From positions 3,348,001 to 3,412,000 of the forward strand of contig JBHGNT010000004.1 in NCBI GenBank assembly GCA_043228905.1: a stretch of DNA of 64,000 nucleotides, written 5' to 3'. The notes beneath the pieces are model-generated. The model was not told the DNA's origin and did no database searches. It worked only from the letters and a program-made list of their open reading frames with translations. Numbering within the stretch: position 1 is the first letter of the stretch; the number at the start of each line of letters is the position of its first letter. Position numbers and translations under genes: made by a program. Positions 1 to 11,174 of the stretch are shown in pieces. This DNA comes from Azolla caroliniana (taxonomy: Eukaryota; Plantae; Polypodiophyta).

Positions 1-269
1 AACAACACATCATTAACATGCGTAAGATATAACAATGAGTACAAAACGGTAATCAATACTGAAAAGATTAAGGCAATAAGTTCTATTAATTATCCGTTGT
101 CGATTACATTGTAACCGGGCCTTTATATAGGTCTCCGGTGCGAAGTACAAAACGGTACCAACCGGCACATTTTCGGGATCGGTCCGGATCCGGATCGGCA
201 TACCGATTCCGGTCCATCCGTCCTCATCTTCTCATATATTAATATATATTAAGATTACTAATTACAACA
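1..269 (-). mobile_element. Partial LTR related to the A/B family; continues beyond the window's left edge
   Basis: The minus strand starts TGTTG at 269. It shares GATCCGGATCCGGACCGAT, a CTATATAAAGG TATA-like block and ATCTTACGCATGT with the A/B LTRs. The other end is outside the window. Confidence 0.6.
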
Positions 270-1609
270 GTTCCCGAATAAACTATTCCTTTCACACTCT
301 GGTTTGGACCTCCTTAAGCCTTCTTGCCAGTCGGGTAACACATCACGGCAGGAAGCGAAACGCAACAAGAAGGATCGGCGAAGCTCGATGTCGAAGCCTT
401 GTTCCGGGAAGCGTTCGAGGCTCTGAAGGCAATGGTTGAAGAAGAAGAGAGATCCGACATGTAGACGGATTCCGAAGACTCAGAGCAAGTCGGCCTTCCG
501 GACAAGGCGGACATGGCCCAGGCAGAGACCGAGGAATGGTACGACGGTACCATGGGAGAGGATGTGGAGCGAGAAGCCCTCTCGACTTGCGGAGAAAGAC
601 CGGCGAAGGTGGAGGTCGGGAGAGGAGAAGTGCCCTCCACACCGATTTCGAAGACTTTGGCAGTCGAGCCCGTTTGCCAGCATAAGACCGGAGATATTGA
701 AGGCACCAGCGAGAAGTCATAGCACGATTCCAGCGAAGAAGGATGCGAAACGGCCTACGAGGAGGTCAAGGATGGAGCCGCAGCAGAGAGGAAAGGGGAA
801 ATAAGAGCCGGTACCGAAGGGAGCGGAATTGGAAGTCGACCCAACCCGAGATCAAATTGGTCGGCGTTCCGATTCCGATGGAGCACAATCCGGATGTGGA
901 TCGTTCGACAAGAGCATGGTTCGGTATGAAGGTGTCGATACGGGAGAGGGTTTAGGGGAGCCACCCTCTTTTACATGGGGAGAAAGACTGACCGGGAGAA
1001 GGTCAGGAATCAGGAAGAAGATGATCGAGAGTACAGAACGAGTTCGGCGGGATCGGCATTAGAGCCGAAACTCCAGACATTGGAGAATCAAGCCCAGGCG
1101 GGGCTTGATCGATCATAGAGCAGATGCTTTCCACCGACACCACTAAAAGGGTCGGTGGCTTGGGAGAAGTCATCGGGAGTCGTTACAAAATCGGTATCCC
1201 CACATCTTGACCGAAAACTTTGGCAGTTTGGTTGGCGTGGCAATGTGAGACCGAAAGAGAAGGTAGGGGTGAAAGCATGCGAGTGGAAACAATTAGCTAT
1301 GTCCTTGACATAGCTAATTAGCTATGCAAAAAGCTACCATTGATAAATAGTCATTTTAGTAAAAAGCCATCATTAATAAATTAAGTATGCAAAAAACTAC
1401 CATTGAAAATACTAGAGTGTTTTAATTACATATGTAAATGAGTGCCATAAATGTGCAACATAAATTGATGTGTGCACCATAAATGTGTACCATAAATTAT
1501 ATATCGAATTCCTAGGTCCATTATGCATGATCCTTTGCCACATCACGTAGGCCATCTCTAGTTGAGTACTGTGGGTTAGTTGCTACCACTGTTGCTAAAC
1601 CCTATCGAG

Positions 1610-2480
1610 TCCACCTGCCGCCACTCTACACTGAGGGGCCGCTATTGTGCGTTCCAAGCATCATCAAAGAGCTACTCAATCTGACGGGGTTCTCTTCTCT
1701 GTGACACTCTACACTCAGGGGCCACTACTGTGCATTCCAAGCATCATCAAAGAGCTGTTCAATCTGACGGTTCTCTGTGCCACTCTACACTCATGGGCCG
1801 CTACTGTGCGTTCCAAGCATCATCAAAGAGCTGTTCAATCGGACTGGGTTCTCTTCTCTGTGCCACTCTACACTCAGGGGCCGCTACTGTGCATTCCAAG
1901 CATCATCAAAGAGCTGTTCAATCTGACGGGGTTCTCTTCTCTGTGCCACTCTACACTCAGGGGCCGCTACTGTGCGTTCCAAGCATCATTGGTAACTGTT
2001 CAATCTGACGAGGTTCTCTTCTCTGTGCCACTCTACTCTCAGGTGCCTTCTATGTGCGTTCCAAGCATCATCAAAGAGTTGTTCAATCTGACGGGGTTCT
2101 CTTCTCTTTGCCACTCTACACTCAGGGGCTGCTACTGTGCGTTCCAAGCATCATCAAAGAGCTGTTCAATCTGACGGGGTTCTCTTCTCTGTGCCACTCT
2201 ACACTCAGGGGCCGCTACTGTGCGTTCCAAGCATCATTGGTAACTGTTCAATCTGACGAGGTTCTCTTCTCTGTGCCACTCTACTCTCAGGTGCCTTCTA
2301 TGTGCGTTCCAAGCATCATCGGTAACTGTTCAATCTAACGGGGTTCTCTCCTCCATTGCCATCATTCTATACTCAGTTGCCGCTACTGTCCAGTCCCAGA
2401 TTGCTTCCACATTTCGATTTGACGGAGTTCACTCATCCAACGACAACATTCTACACTCAGTTGTCGCCATTAGTCGGTCT
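1610..2480. repeat. Subterminal tandem repeat, ~83-bp unit, about 9-10 copies
   Basis: Unit CTGTGCCACTCTACACTCAGGGGCCGCTACTGTGCGTTCCAAGCATCATCAAAGAGCTGTTCAATCTGACGGGGTTCTCTTCT. TGCCACT recurs at 1861 and 1944 (period 83). The array decays toward 2480. Confidence 0.95.
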
Positions 2481-2682
2481 TGGATCGCCTCCTCAACTGT
2501 TCGATCCAACGGAGTGAACTCCTCTACTGTTGGGTCTTGGATTGCAATAACTTTTCTGTCTATTGATTATTTTGTGTATTGTTGTGTCTAATCTTGTGTA
2601 TTGTGGAATATTTTTGTGTATTGTTGTTGCCCATAGCCATCTTAAATACTTGTTTTTTTTCCTGGAAATTTAGGGTTTTAAC

Positions 2683-5600
2683 ATGTCCAGCCAAATGGAA
2701 GGGGAAGAAGGGTGTTTAGAATTACCCCTCAATGATCATAAGGATAGGGATGATGCTATCAGGACACAACAAGCCATACGAAACTATTGGGCAGAAAAAA
2801 AAGGAAACATCGTCAATTGTTGAAAGATACGAAAGCCACACTCAGTAAAGGTAAGGATAGTTTAGCTGAGAATGTAAGTAATGCGACTACCATCATAGAG
2901 AGAAAGGTTGTAGACTATTTCAATGTTCAAACCAAGCACATCAGCAATGAAGAAAAGAAGGTAGTACTTTATGGAATATGTAATGATCCATCGATAAAGG
3001 ACTTAGTTGATTGTGATGGTCTTAATGCAAACATATCATCTATTTTAGTAAATAATCTTCGTAATAGTTTCGTATCCATGAGCAGGTCAGAAGATGATCT
3101 TGTCTTAAAAAGGTCTAGCCTAATGATGTTACTTAATAGTGATGTTGACGATATAAACATCAGTGAGCTATCTAAGGTAATTGGTGTTAGTAGAAAAACA
3201 GTGTACAATACAATGAACCGTATAATTTCCTCAGGTGAAGGAACTAGTCTACTAAAGCTAACTACAAGATGTAAGCCAATGACACCCATAACATTTGAAA
3301 TCAAGGATGTAATCACAATGTTTTGGACTAATGAGAGTAGGGTTTCACCCAATAAAAAGGATTTATGCAGGAAACGTGTTGGAAGAAATCAATACGAGGA
3401 GCATCCCATTCATCTTCTTGATGTACCTCAGGTATTTACATTTATCTCAACATTTGTTTTGACTCTACACGGAAAGTTAATTAGCTCAGTTAACAGAAAA
3501 GCTAATTAGCTTATCAGTTACATTTACCTCAGTTAGCTACTAGGATAGCTACTACATAGGTAATTGGCTACTCTCAATAGCTGCTACCATGATAGCTAAT
3601 TAGCTATTCTCAATAGCTAATTTAGGTACTACCAGATAATTAGTTGTACTGGTAGCTAGTTAGCTATCATGGTAGATAGTTAGCTATTTCGTTATTACCA
3701 GCTAATTAGCTACTAGGAAAGCTAATTAGCTACCATGATAGCTAATTAGCTACTAGGATAGCTACTACATAGGTAACTGGCTACTCTCAATGGCTACTAC
3801 CATGATAGCTAATTAGCTATTCTCAATAGCTAATTTAGGTACTACCAGATAATTAGTTGTACAGGTAGCTAGTTAGCTATCATGGTAGCTAGTTAGCTAT
3901 TTCGTTATTACCAGCTAATTTGCTACCATGATAGCTAATTAGTTAGGACAGCTAATTAGCCACCATTATAGCTAATTAGCTACTAGACCAGCTAATTAGC
4001 TACCATGATAGCTAATTAGCTACTAGACCAGCTAATTAGCTACCATGATAGCTAGTTAGTTACTAGGACAGCTAATTAGCCACCATGATAGCTAATTAGC
4101 TACTAGTACAGCTAATTAGCTACCATGATAGCTAATTAGCTACTACGACAGCTAATTAGCTACCATGATAGCTAATTAGCTACTACGACAGCTAATTAGC
4201 TACCACGATAGCTAATTAGCTACCATGATAGCTAATTAGCTACTAGAATAGCTAATTCCCCTTTATTACGCAGGTCGATTTATTTATTAGGTTCAAACGA
4301 ATGCATCCAACTATCAAAGTTCAACTACGAACATTCGAGTCTCTTAAGCCACACTTTGTGAGACGCTTAAAAGATCGATACACATGTTGTTGCATTTACC
4401 ATGTACAGATGGGTTTTCTAAAGGACTCTGTTAATCTACTACGTCACCATAGTGCATCCCTAACTAATACAATTTGCACATGTGGGTGCCCAATCTGTCG
4501 ATCAAGCCCGCAAGAGGAATGTAAATCATCTGAGCACGTTATCTCTTCCATGAGTTATTTATTAGATTCAATATTGTGTCCGAGAGAAACTGACGCTATC
4601 TTCCATATTCATAAATGTGTCATGGGTTTATGTCAAGATTGTGGCCCTACTAGATTTAGGTGGTGTCCAAATGAATTGAGTAGTGAAATATTGATCTCTG
4701 TGAAGTTCTTTGAGTCAGTGAACACCAATTTCGAAGGAAAGGTGTGTGAAAGAAAGGATCTAGTTCGGAAGATGTTTAAACCAAGGGATTTGGTGTCTCT
4801 GTTTGTAGTATCTCTAGGAAAGTTCATTAAACACAACTTCATTTATTCATGGCAAGCCCATCAGTTTAAGACTTGCATATCTGATTTCCCAAATGATGTA
4901 GTAGTCTCAGTAGTAGATTTCGCAGAGAATTATACTTTCAAGCAGTAGAATGAAATTCAATCTATGCATTGGTGTTCAGTTCAGATAACCATTTTTGTGC
5001 ACATAACATATTTTCGAGTTTCAGGTGATGTTAAAAAAGTAATTCATTTCTTTATTTCCGATGATAAGAAGCATGATACCTTGTTCGTCCAACACTGTTT
5101 TAAGTTACATTGGCAGTGGTTATTAGCTCAACGTTTGGAGCTTACTCAACATTGGGTCTGGTCTGACGGAGTTGCATCACAATTCAAGGCTCGACGTCCA
5201 TTTTATTTTGTGGGGAGGTATCCTGCTATAACAGGTTTGGAGATGAGATGGAATTTTTTTGGGTCTGGCCATGGTAAAGGTGAACATGATGGTGCAGGGG
5301 CTGTTATAAAGCGGGCACTTACCCATGAACAACTAAAGACAGATGGTGTGCACATGAATTGTGCATCACATGTAGTTGAATTTTTAAGAACAAATATGTC
5401 AACGAGTGCCACAGGTGTTTATTCCTCACAAGTCCGAGATATCAAACGTGAATTTTGGGAAGTGAAGATAGATGAAGTAAATAGGGAGAAGACCTGGGAG
5501 TGCCAAGGAATTCCCGAATTGCGATCTCTGCATGCTGTTCGCGGTTATTCCAGGTTGGATGGTCATTGTATTGCGGTTAGAGAATTGACTTGTTTTTGCT

Positions 5601-6115
5601 TCCATTGTGTGCAGGGAAATTGGAGATATTGTCTAAACAAAGCATACATTCAGAATTGGGAGTATCACACTCTGAATGATAAGGAAGCAGTTGATGGAGA
5701 AACAGGGCAGAATGTTGACTTCACATATGAGGGACTTGGAGATACTTTGAGTGATGTCCTGAACGTTGGGGATAACTTCGCTGTAAATGTTGAAGAAGGC
5801 AATTCAGAGGGTGCTGATTTCTATATATTAAAGTGCACGGTTAGTAAACAGTGTGCAAGGCATAATATTGTAGATGCATGGGGAAATTTTGTATCTGTCG
5901 GGACATTCTACATCGAAGGCATTTTTTATGCAAAACTAGATGACTACGAATATGTGTACAGGCTATTAGAAGACAAACCAGCGGCGTACATGTACTCTCA
6001 TTTGGTCAGGTGCATCAACGTCCCAATGTCAGAATACAATAGTTGCTCAGGTTTATACACTATTGGTGTTAATGTGTATGAATGTATTTACAATAGTATG
6101 CCATGGAATTTGTAG
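2683..6115 (+). pseudogene. Sola2-like DDD transposase, two exons, inactivated
   Basis: ATG at 2683, then a 1-nt frameshift in the A-run near 2795-2802. A phase-0 GT-AG intron (3432-4273) joins ...LLDVPQ|VDLFIRFKRMHP. Motifs: DFAENY, EIQSMHW, SDDKKHD, WSDGVASQFK, WNFFGSGHGKGEHDGAG. In-frame TAG at 4946-4948. Confidence 0.85.
3478..4258. repeat. TAGCTAATTAGCTA palindrome array filling the transposase intron
   Basis: Dozens of copies of the 14-bp palindrome with short spacers (CCATGA, CTAGGA, CTACGA). Confidence 0.95.
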
Positions 6116-6464
6116 CTACAAGTAGCACTTACCATGTTCTCTTGTAAAACAAACATGTATTTCGCGAAAACAGTTACATAAATTCGTTTGGAATCAATTT
6201 CTTGTATACAATCTGCTTTCTGTGCTTCTTTCTCAATAAAATCATGTCTTTTTTGTTAAGTTTTAAGTTATAAGTTATAGCGAAATAGTCATCAGTAGCT
6301 AATTAGCTATACAAATGCAGCTAATTAGCTGTCAATAGCTATTTATAGTCATCAATAGCATGAAATCAACAATCTGCAACATATTCCTCAAATTACACAG
6401 TAGATAAGTACAGTGGGAACAAGTAATTAAATTCTTCATTGAATAATGTCATCTCTTTACATAT

Positions 6465-7558
6465 TTATAAATTACCATTGGAAATGTCTACAAATCTCCT
6501 ATAAAAAGCTAAGCTCTTGCTAGTCAGTGGAACGAGTCTACATATATTATCCGCATATCGAGCTCGGTATGGAGTCCACAACCATGCACCTAGTTGGCAG
6601 CTCATTGTTTGCACCAGGTACTGTTCAGGCATTTCCTCGGGTAGAATGAGACAGCATCTCTGAATATTGAAGTAGTGCCGGAAATGTTCTGTATCCAAAA
6701 TCAATGTATTGTCGGCATTATATTCAGGCAAGTAGCCCAAAAATCAGAAAGTCTCTTGAATCTTGCAGCTTCCATTTGCTCACAATTTTCTCGTGCCCAT
6801 TGACCTTTAAAATGACTTCGCCATTTTGGGAAGAATCTTGCCAAACACTTCCACACATCTGATTTTGGTTTTTCACTCCAAATAAACAAATCAAAGTATT
6901 GCACAGCCCACTCTAGAAACTGATTCGTGTCCCTCCTTGGCTGCATATATCTCACACTCATCAAGACTTTATCAAACTCCAAGATCAAGGCTCTTCTTTC
7001 GACTTCTAGTGGTTTAGGTTTCCATTCCTGAAACTGAGCCGCTGTTACACCATTTTCTGGTAGGATACGATCAATCTCAATCAGCTCAGGTTCGGCCGAC
7101 ACAATAGGCGTCCTTTTCCTCTTCAAACCCCTAGTCGACTGTGTTGGGCTTGGCTTCACATTCTGGTGCTCTTGTTTTGTCGACTTAGTTATCAATCCTT
7201 GGATTACCTCAGTGCATGTAGCTACTGATCTGCTCGATATCAGTCCACTGGTATCACATGTTGCATCTACCTGCAACACCAAGTCATCCGTGCTACATGC
7301 TGCATCTACCGGCAACACCAAGTCATCCGTGCAACATGCTTGATCAACTTGTGTGACCAGATCACTTGTGTCAGTTGCTACATCTACATTCAAGATGGGG
7401 CCCTTTAAACATGCCGCAACATCAACAGTATCCACACTGCCATTGGCCTTACGAGCAATAGAATCAAACCCTTTAGACTCTGCAACATCAGAAAACACCA
7501 ACATATTCACACTCACAAAGTAACTAACAGTCTCACAAAACAACATCCTGAACATCAA
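6465..7558 (-). pseudogene. Transposon cargo: FCP1/NIF (SCP/UBLCP1-like) HAD phosphatase-like protein, frameshifted
   Basis: LILEFDKVL, PRRDTNQFLEWAVQYFDLFIWS, ARENC, FKRLSDFW and YNADNTLILD follow NIF-domain motif order. A missing base near 6737 splits ORFs 6701-7558 and 6465-6740. 13-aa repeats (VDAACSTDDLVLQ) lie upstream. The 5' exon structure is unresolved. Confidence 0.6.
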
Positions 7559-7728
7559 AGAGTTTCAGTCATAGAACAACACTCTTCAAATTATCTTGGA
7601 AAAACATCATAGAGTTCCATTACATAATCTGGATCAAGCAACAACCAATCTGAGGTTTTACTTGTCCAACAGGATAGTAAAACTTCATAAAACCCTAGCA
7701 AAATCCCTAAGCTAACAATCATATCCAA

Positions 7729-10700
7729 CTAAACCGTATTTCGCTCCACTACGTCTGGGCCCCTTGACCGAGTAACTGGTCTTGTTCCCGATCGTGGCCC
7801 CTTCTTCAGCCTTTTTCTGGTCGGTTCCCCATTTAGCCTTGCTTCTTTCACCCAATGCGCAAGTGTGTCCTCCTCCAACAACCTTCCCATCGCCTCAGCA
7901 GCTAATTGCACATCAGCCGTTTCTTGAACTAGCTTTTCAAGTACAGAGGGATCTGTTTGGACATTTTCAGTAGTTGGGCTCAGTGGGGTGGAATCAAGGT
8001 CTTGAGATTCGAAGAAATGTTGCATCAAGTGTTCATAAACACTGTTGTTGTGAACCTCAGTTTTACATGTTGTTTCCACTATTTCATGGCATTTCACATC
8101 GTTGCCTAATTCAGTACACTGTTCCAAAAGAATAGGGTGGAGCTTATCTGAAGGAGATGTGATAGCAGGACTCTTACTTTCAGCCATGTTGGCAGTAGTA
8201 TCCTCATCTGTTGCAGCGTCATCAGCACCAGACACATCATGTGTCGTCCTTAATCCACAAGATTCTACAATAACATGGCAGCTATTTAGGATAGCTAATT
8301 AGCTACTTTACTAAACTATGGTAGAAGCTAGGATAGCTAATTAGCTAGTACGATAGTTAATTAGGATAGCTAATTAACTAGTACGATAGCTAATTAGGAT
8401 AGCTAATTAGCTAGTACGATAGCTAATTAGGATAGCTAATTAGCTAGTACGATAGCTAATTAGCTACTTTACTCAACTATGGTAGTAGCTAGGATAGCTA
8501 ATTAGCTACTATGGTAGCTAATTAGCTACTTTACTCAACTATGGTAGTAGCTAGGATAGCTAATTAGCTACTTTACTAACTATGGTAGTAGTTAGGATAG
8601 CTAATTAGCTACTAGGATAGCTAATTAGCTACAATGATAGCTAATTAGCTACTTTCTCAACTATGTAGTAGCTAGGATAGCTTATTAGCTACTAGGATAG
8701 CTAATTAGCTGCCAGTAGCTAATTAGCAACTAGGATAGCTTATTATCTACTTTACACAACTATGGCAGTAGCTAATTAGCTACTATGATAGCTAATTAGT
8801 TGCCAGTAGCTAATTAGCTAGTAGGATAGCTAATTAGCTTTTTTACACAACTATTGTACTAGCTAATTAGCTAGTACCATAGCTAATTAGCTACTATGAT
8901 AGCTAATTAGCTGCTAGTAGCTAATTAGCTACTAGGATAGCTTATTAGCTACTTTACACAACTATGGCAGTAGCTAATTAGCTAGTAGGATAGCTAATTA
9001 GCTACTAGGATAGTTAATTAGTTGCCAGTAGCTAATTAGCTAGTAGGATAGCTAATTAGCTTTTTTACACAACTATGGTACTAGCTAATTAGCTAGTACC
9101 ATAACTAATTAGCTACTAAGATAGCTAATTAGCTAGTAGCTCATTAGCTGCCAGTAGCTAATTAGCTAGTAGGATAGCTAATTAGAAAAGACTAAGCTTA
9201 TTAGCTACAGTATGGTATACCTGTTAGTTTTATCCACTCATTTGGTAGAGTTGTACTGCAATCTCCCAAATAGAATGCAGCAATTCGACAGGCATGTTGA
9301 AAACAAAGCAGATGGTATGTGTGGTTGCATGGTTGTAGGTGAACCAACAAAGACGCAGTTTTGTCCTCCACACCTAACCCGCAAGCGATGCAACGTGCTT
9401 GAACTGTCAATAAATCATTTTCTGGTTCTGCTTCATTTGGTAAGGGAGCAAGAATGTTCAGGTCCAAATCCTGTCTGGTCCTTACCATTCCCTCCACAAA
9501 ATGTAGCTGCTTCTTAAGGTAGCTAACTACCTGTTCTTGATGAATGTATTGTTCCTTCAACGCAACAGAGAAATTTACCGATTAATTATTCCTGTTGTTG
9601 AAAGATACACCAACTTTGGTCAGGAATCGTTAACTTACTTGAAGCTTATCCAAATTGTAATCTACAACAATATTTACACCTAGAAGGTCCAAGTTCATTG
9701 AAAGAACCGAAATCTCTATTTGCAGTTGTATTTTACGTTGGGGATCCAGTGGCCCCTCTAATTCAAGCTCTTGTTGCGCAACCTATTCCAGATAATGCTT
9801 GATTAGTACATTTTACCCTTAAATTTATTTATAACACAATCACATACCAGCAAAACAATAGTTACCTGAATTTTATTTCTAATCGTTGTAACAGCAAAAG
9901 TAACTTTGCTCTCCATTGCAGAAGCCATTGTGGCTTTCTCTAAATCAATCTTAAAAAATGCCAATGTCTCACAGGCTTCATGGACATTTTTTTGCATATA
10001 GCTAACCAATGTCTCACCTGTATCATCGACATTGGCTTTCCTTGGGTGTCGGTGTGGTGTATGCCCCCGGTCTTGCTGGGAGTCGGCAGTTGCATCAACA
10101 GCTGCCATGCTCCAAAATCTATCTATTTTTTGTGCCAAGGTTCCCATCTTTCGGCATCTTTTTACCGATGCCTCACCATAGACTGCCCAAGCTACCCTAT
10201 ACATTTCAGGGTCTCTGGATTCCTTCGTTGTTTTGCAGTACTCATATGCAAATGCTCTAGCAAATGAAACTGACAACTCATTGTTGACTGGGATCTCCTG
10301 ATGAACTTTCTGGTGCAGTCTCATGCAGTCATCGTACAAGGCAGCTCGTACATGCTTCAGCTTGACCTTGCCTTTGACTCTAGGCACTGTATATACTGTC
10401 ATCCAGTGTACATCACTGATCAATTTATCACTTAGGACAGTAGGGTCAACACCCTCGAGTGACAGACCATAGGTGTTGTGGAAGTCCTCCTTTGTCTCGC
10501 AAAATTTTGCGAAGTTTAGCACTCTCGTATACGGAGGAACGAGCCATCTAAAATGTCATTTCAGAAATCAGAAATAGTGCAAAATCAGAATATGTGAGAA
10601 TTAGAAACCCCAATCAACAACAACAAAAATGGTGCAAAATCTTTAACTTAGCAAATCAGAAACCCTAATCATAATTTGTATTCAGAAATTTGAAATCAGA

Positions 10701-11174
10701 AACCCTAATCAAAATCTGTAATCAGAAGTTTGAAATCAGAAACCCTAATCAAAATCTGTAATCAGAAGTTTGTAGCCAGAAACCTTATTCAGAAATTCTA
10801 ATCAGAAATTTATAATCAAAAACACTAATCAGAAATTTCAATCAGAAACCCTAATCAGAAATTTCAATCACAAACCCTAATCAGAAATCCTAAACAAAAA
10901 CCCTATTCAGAAATTCTAATTAGAAATTCTAATCTGTAATCAAAATTTGTAACCAAAAACCCTATTCAGAAATTCTAATCAAAAATTTATAATCAAAAAC
11001 CCTAATCAGAAATTTCAATCACAAACCCTAATCAGAAATTCTAATCAGAAATTTATAAACAAAAACCCTAATCAGAAATTTCAATCAGAAACCCCAATCA
11101 TCACTAAAGACAGGATTAAACACAAAAAAAGTAATATAAACACACCTGTTGATACTCCCCGATTTGCGAGACAT
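7729..11174 (-). CDS. Transposon cargo: 5-exon, 566-aa protein with a RING-H2-like finger
   Basis: Exons 11174-11146, 10547-9866, 9782-9639, 9530-9221 and 8264-7729 have GT-AG junctions with matching phases and total 1701 nt with no internal stop. RING-like CIACG...PCNHTYHLLC...YLGDC. Confidence 0.7.
8280..9205. repeat. Second TAGCTAATTAGCTA array, inside cargo-gene intron 4
   Basis: Same palindromic unit as 3478-4258; lies within predicted intron 8265-9220. Confidence 0.95.
10560..11100. repeat. AATCAGAAACCCT-type degenerate minisatellite in cargo-gene intron 1
   Basis: Repeated AATCAGAAACCCTAATCAGAAATT variants within predicted intron 10548-11145. Confidence 0.9.

Noticed and set aside
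1610-2480. 83-bp periodic array as a CRISPR array or as coding ORFs
   Set aside because: Whole units repeat without unique spacers, there are no cas genes, and the context is eukaryotic. The ORFs are artefacts of the repeat.
10560-11100. Interstitial telomere
   Set aside because: AAACCCT units are interspersed with AATCAG and are not tandem TTTAGGG.
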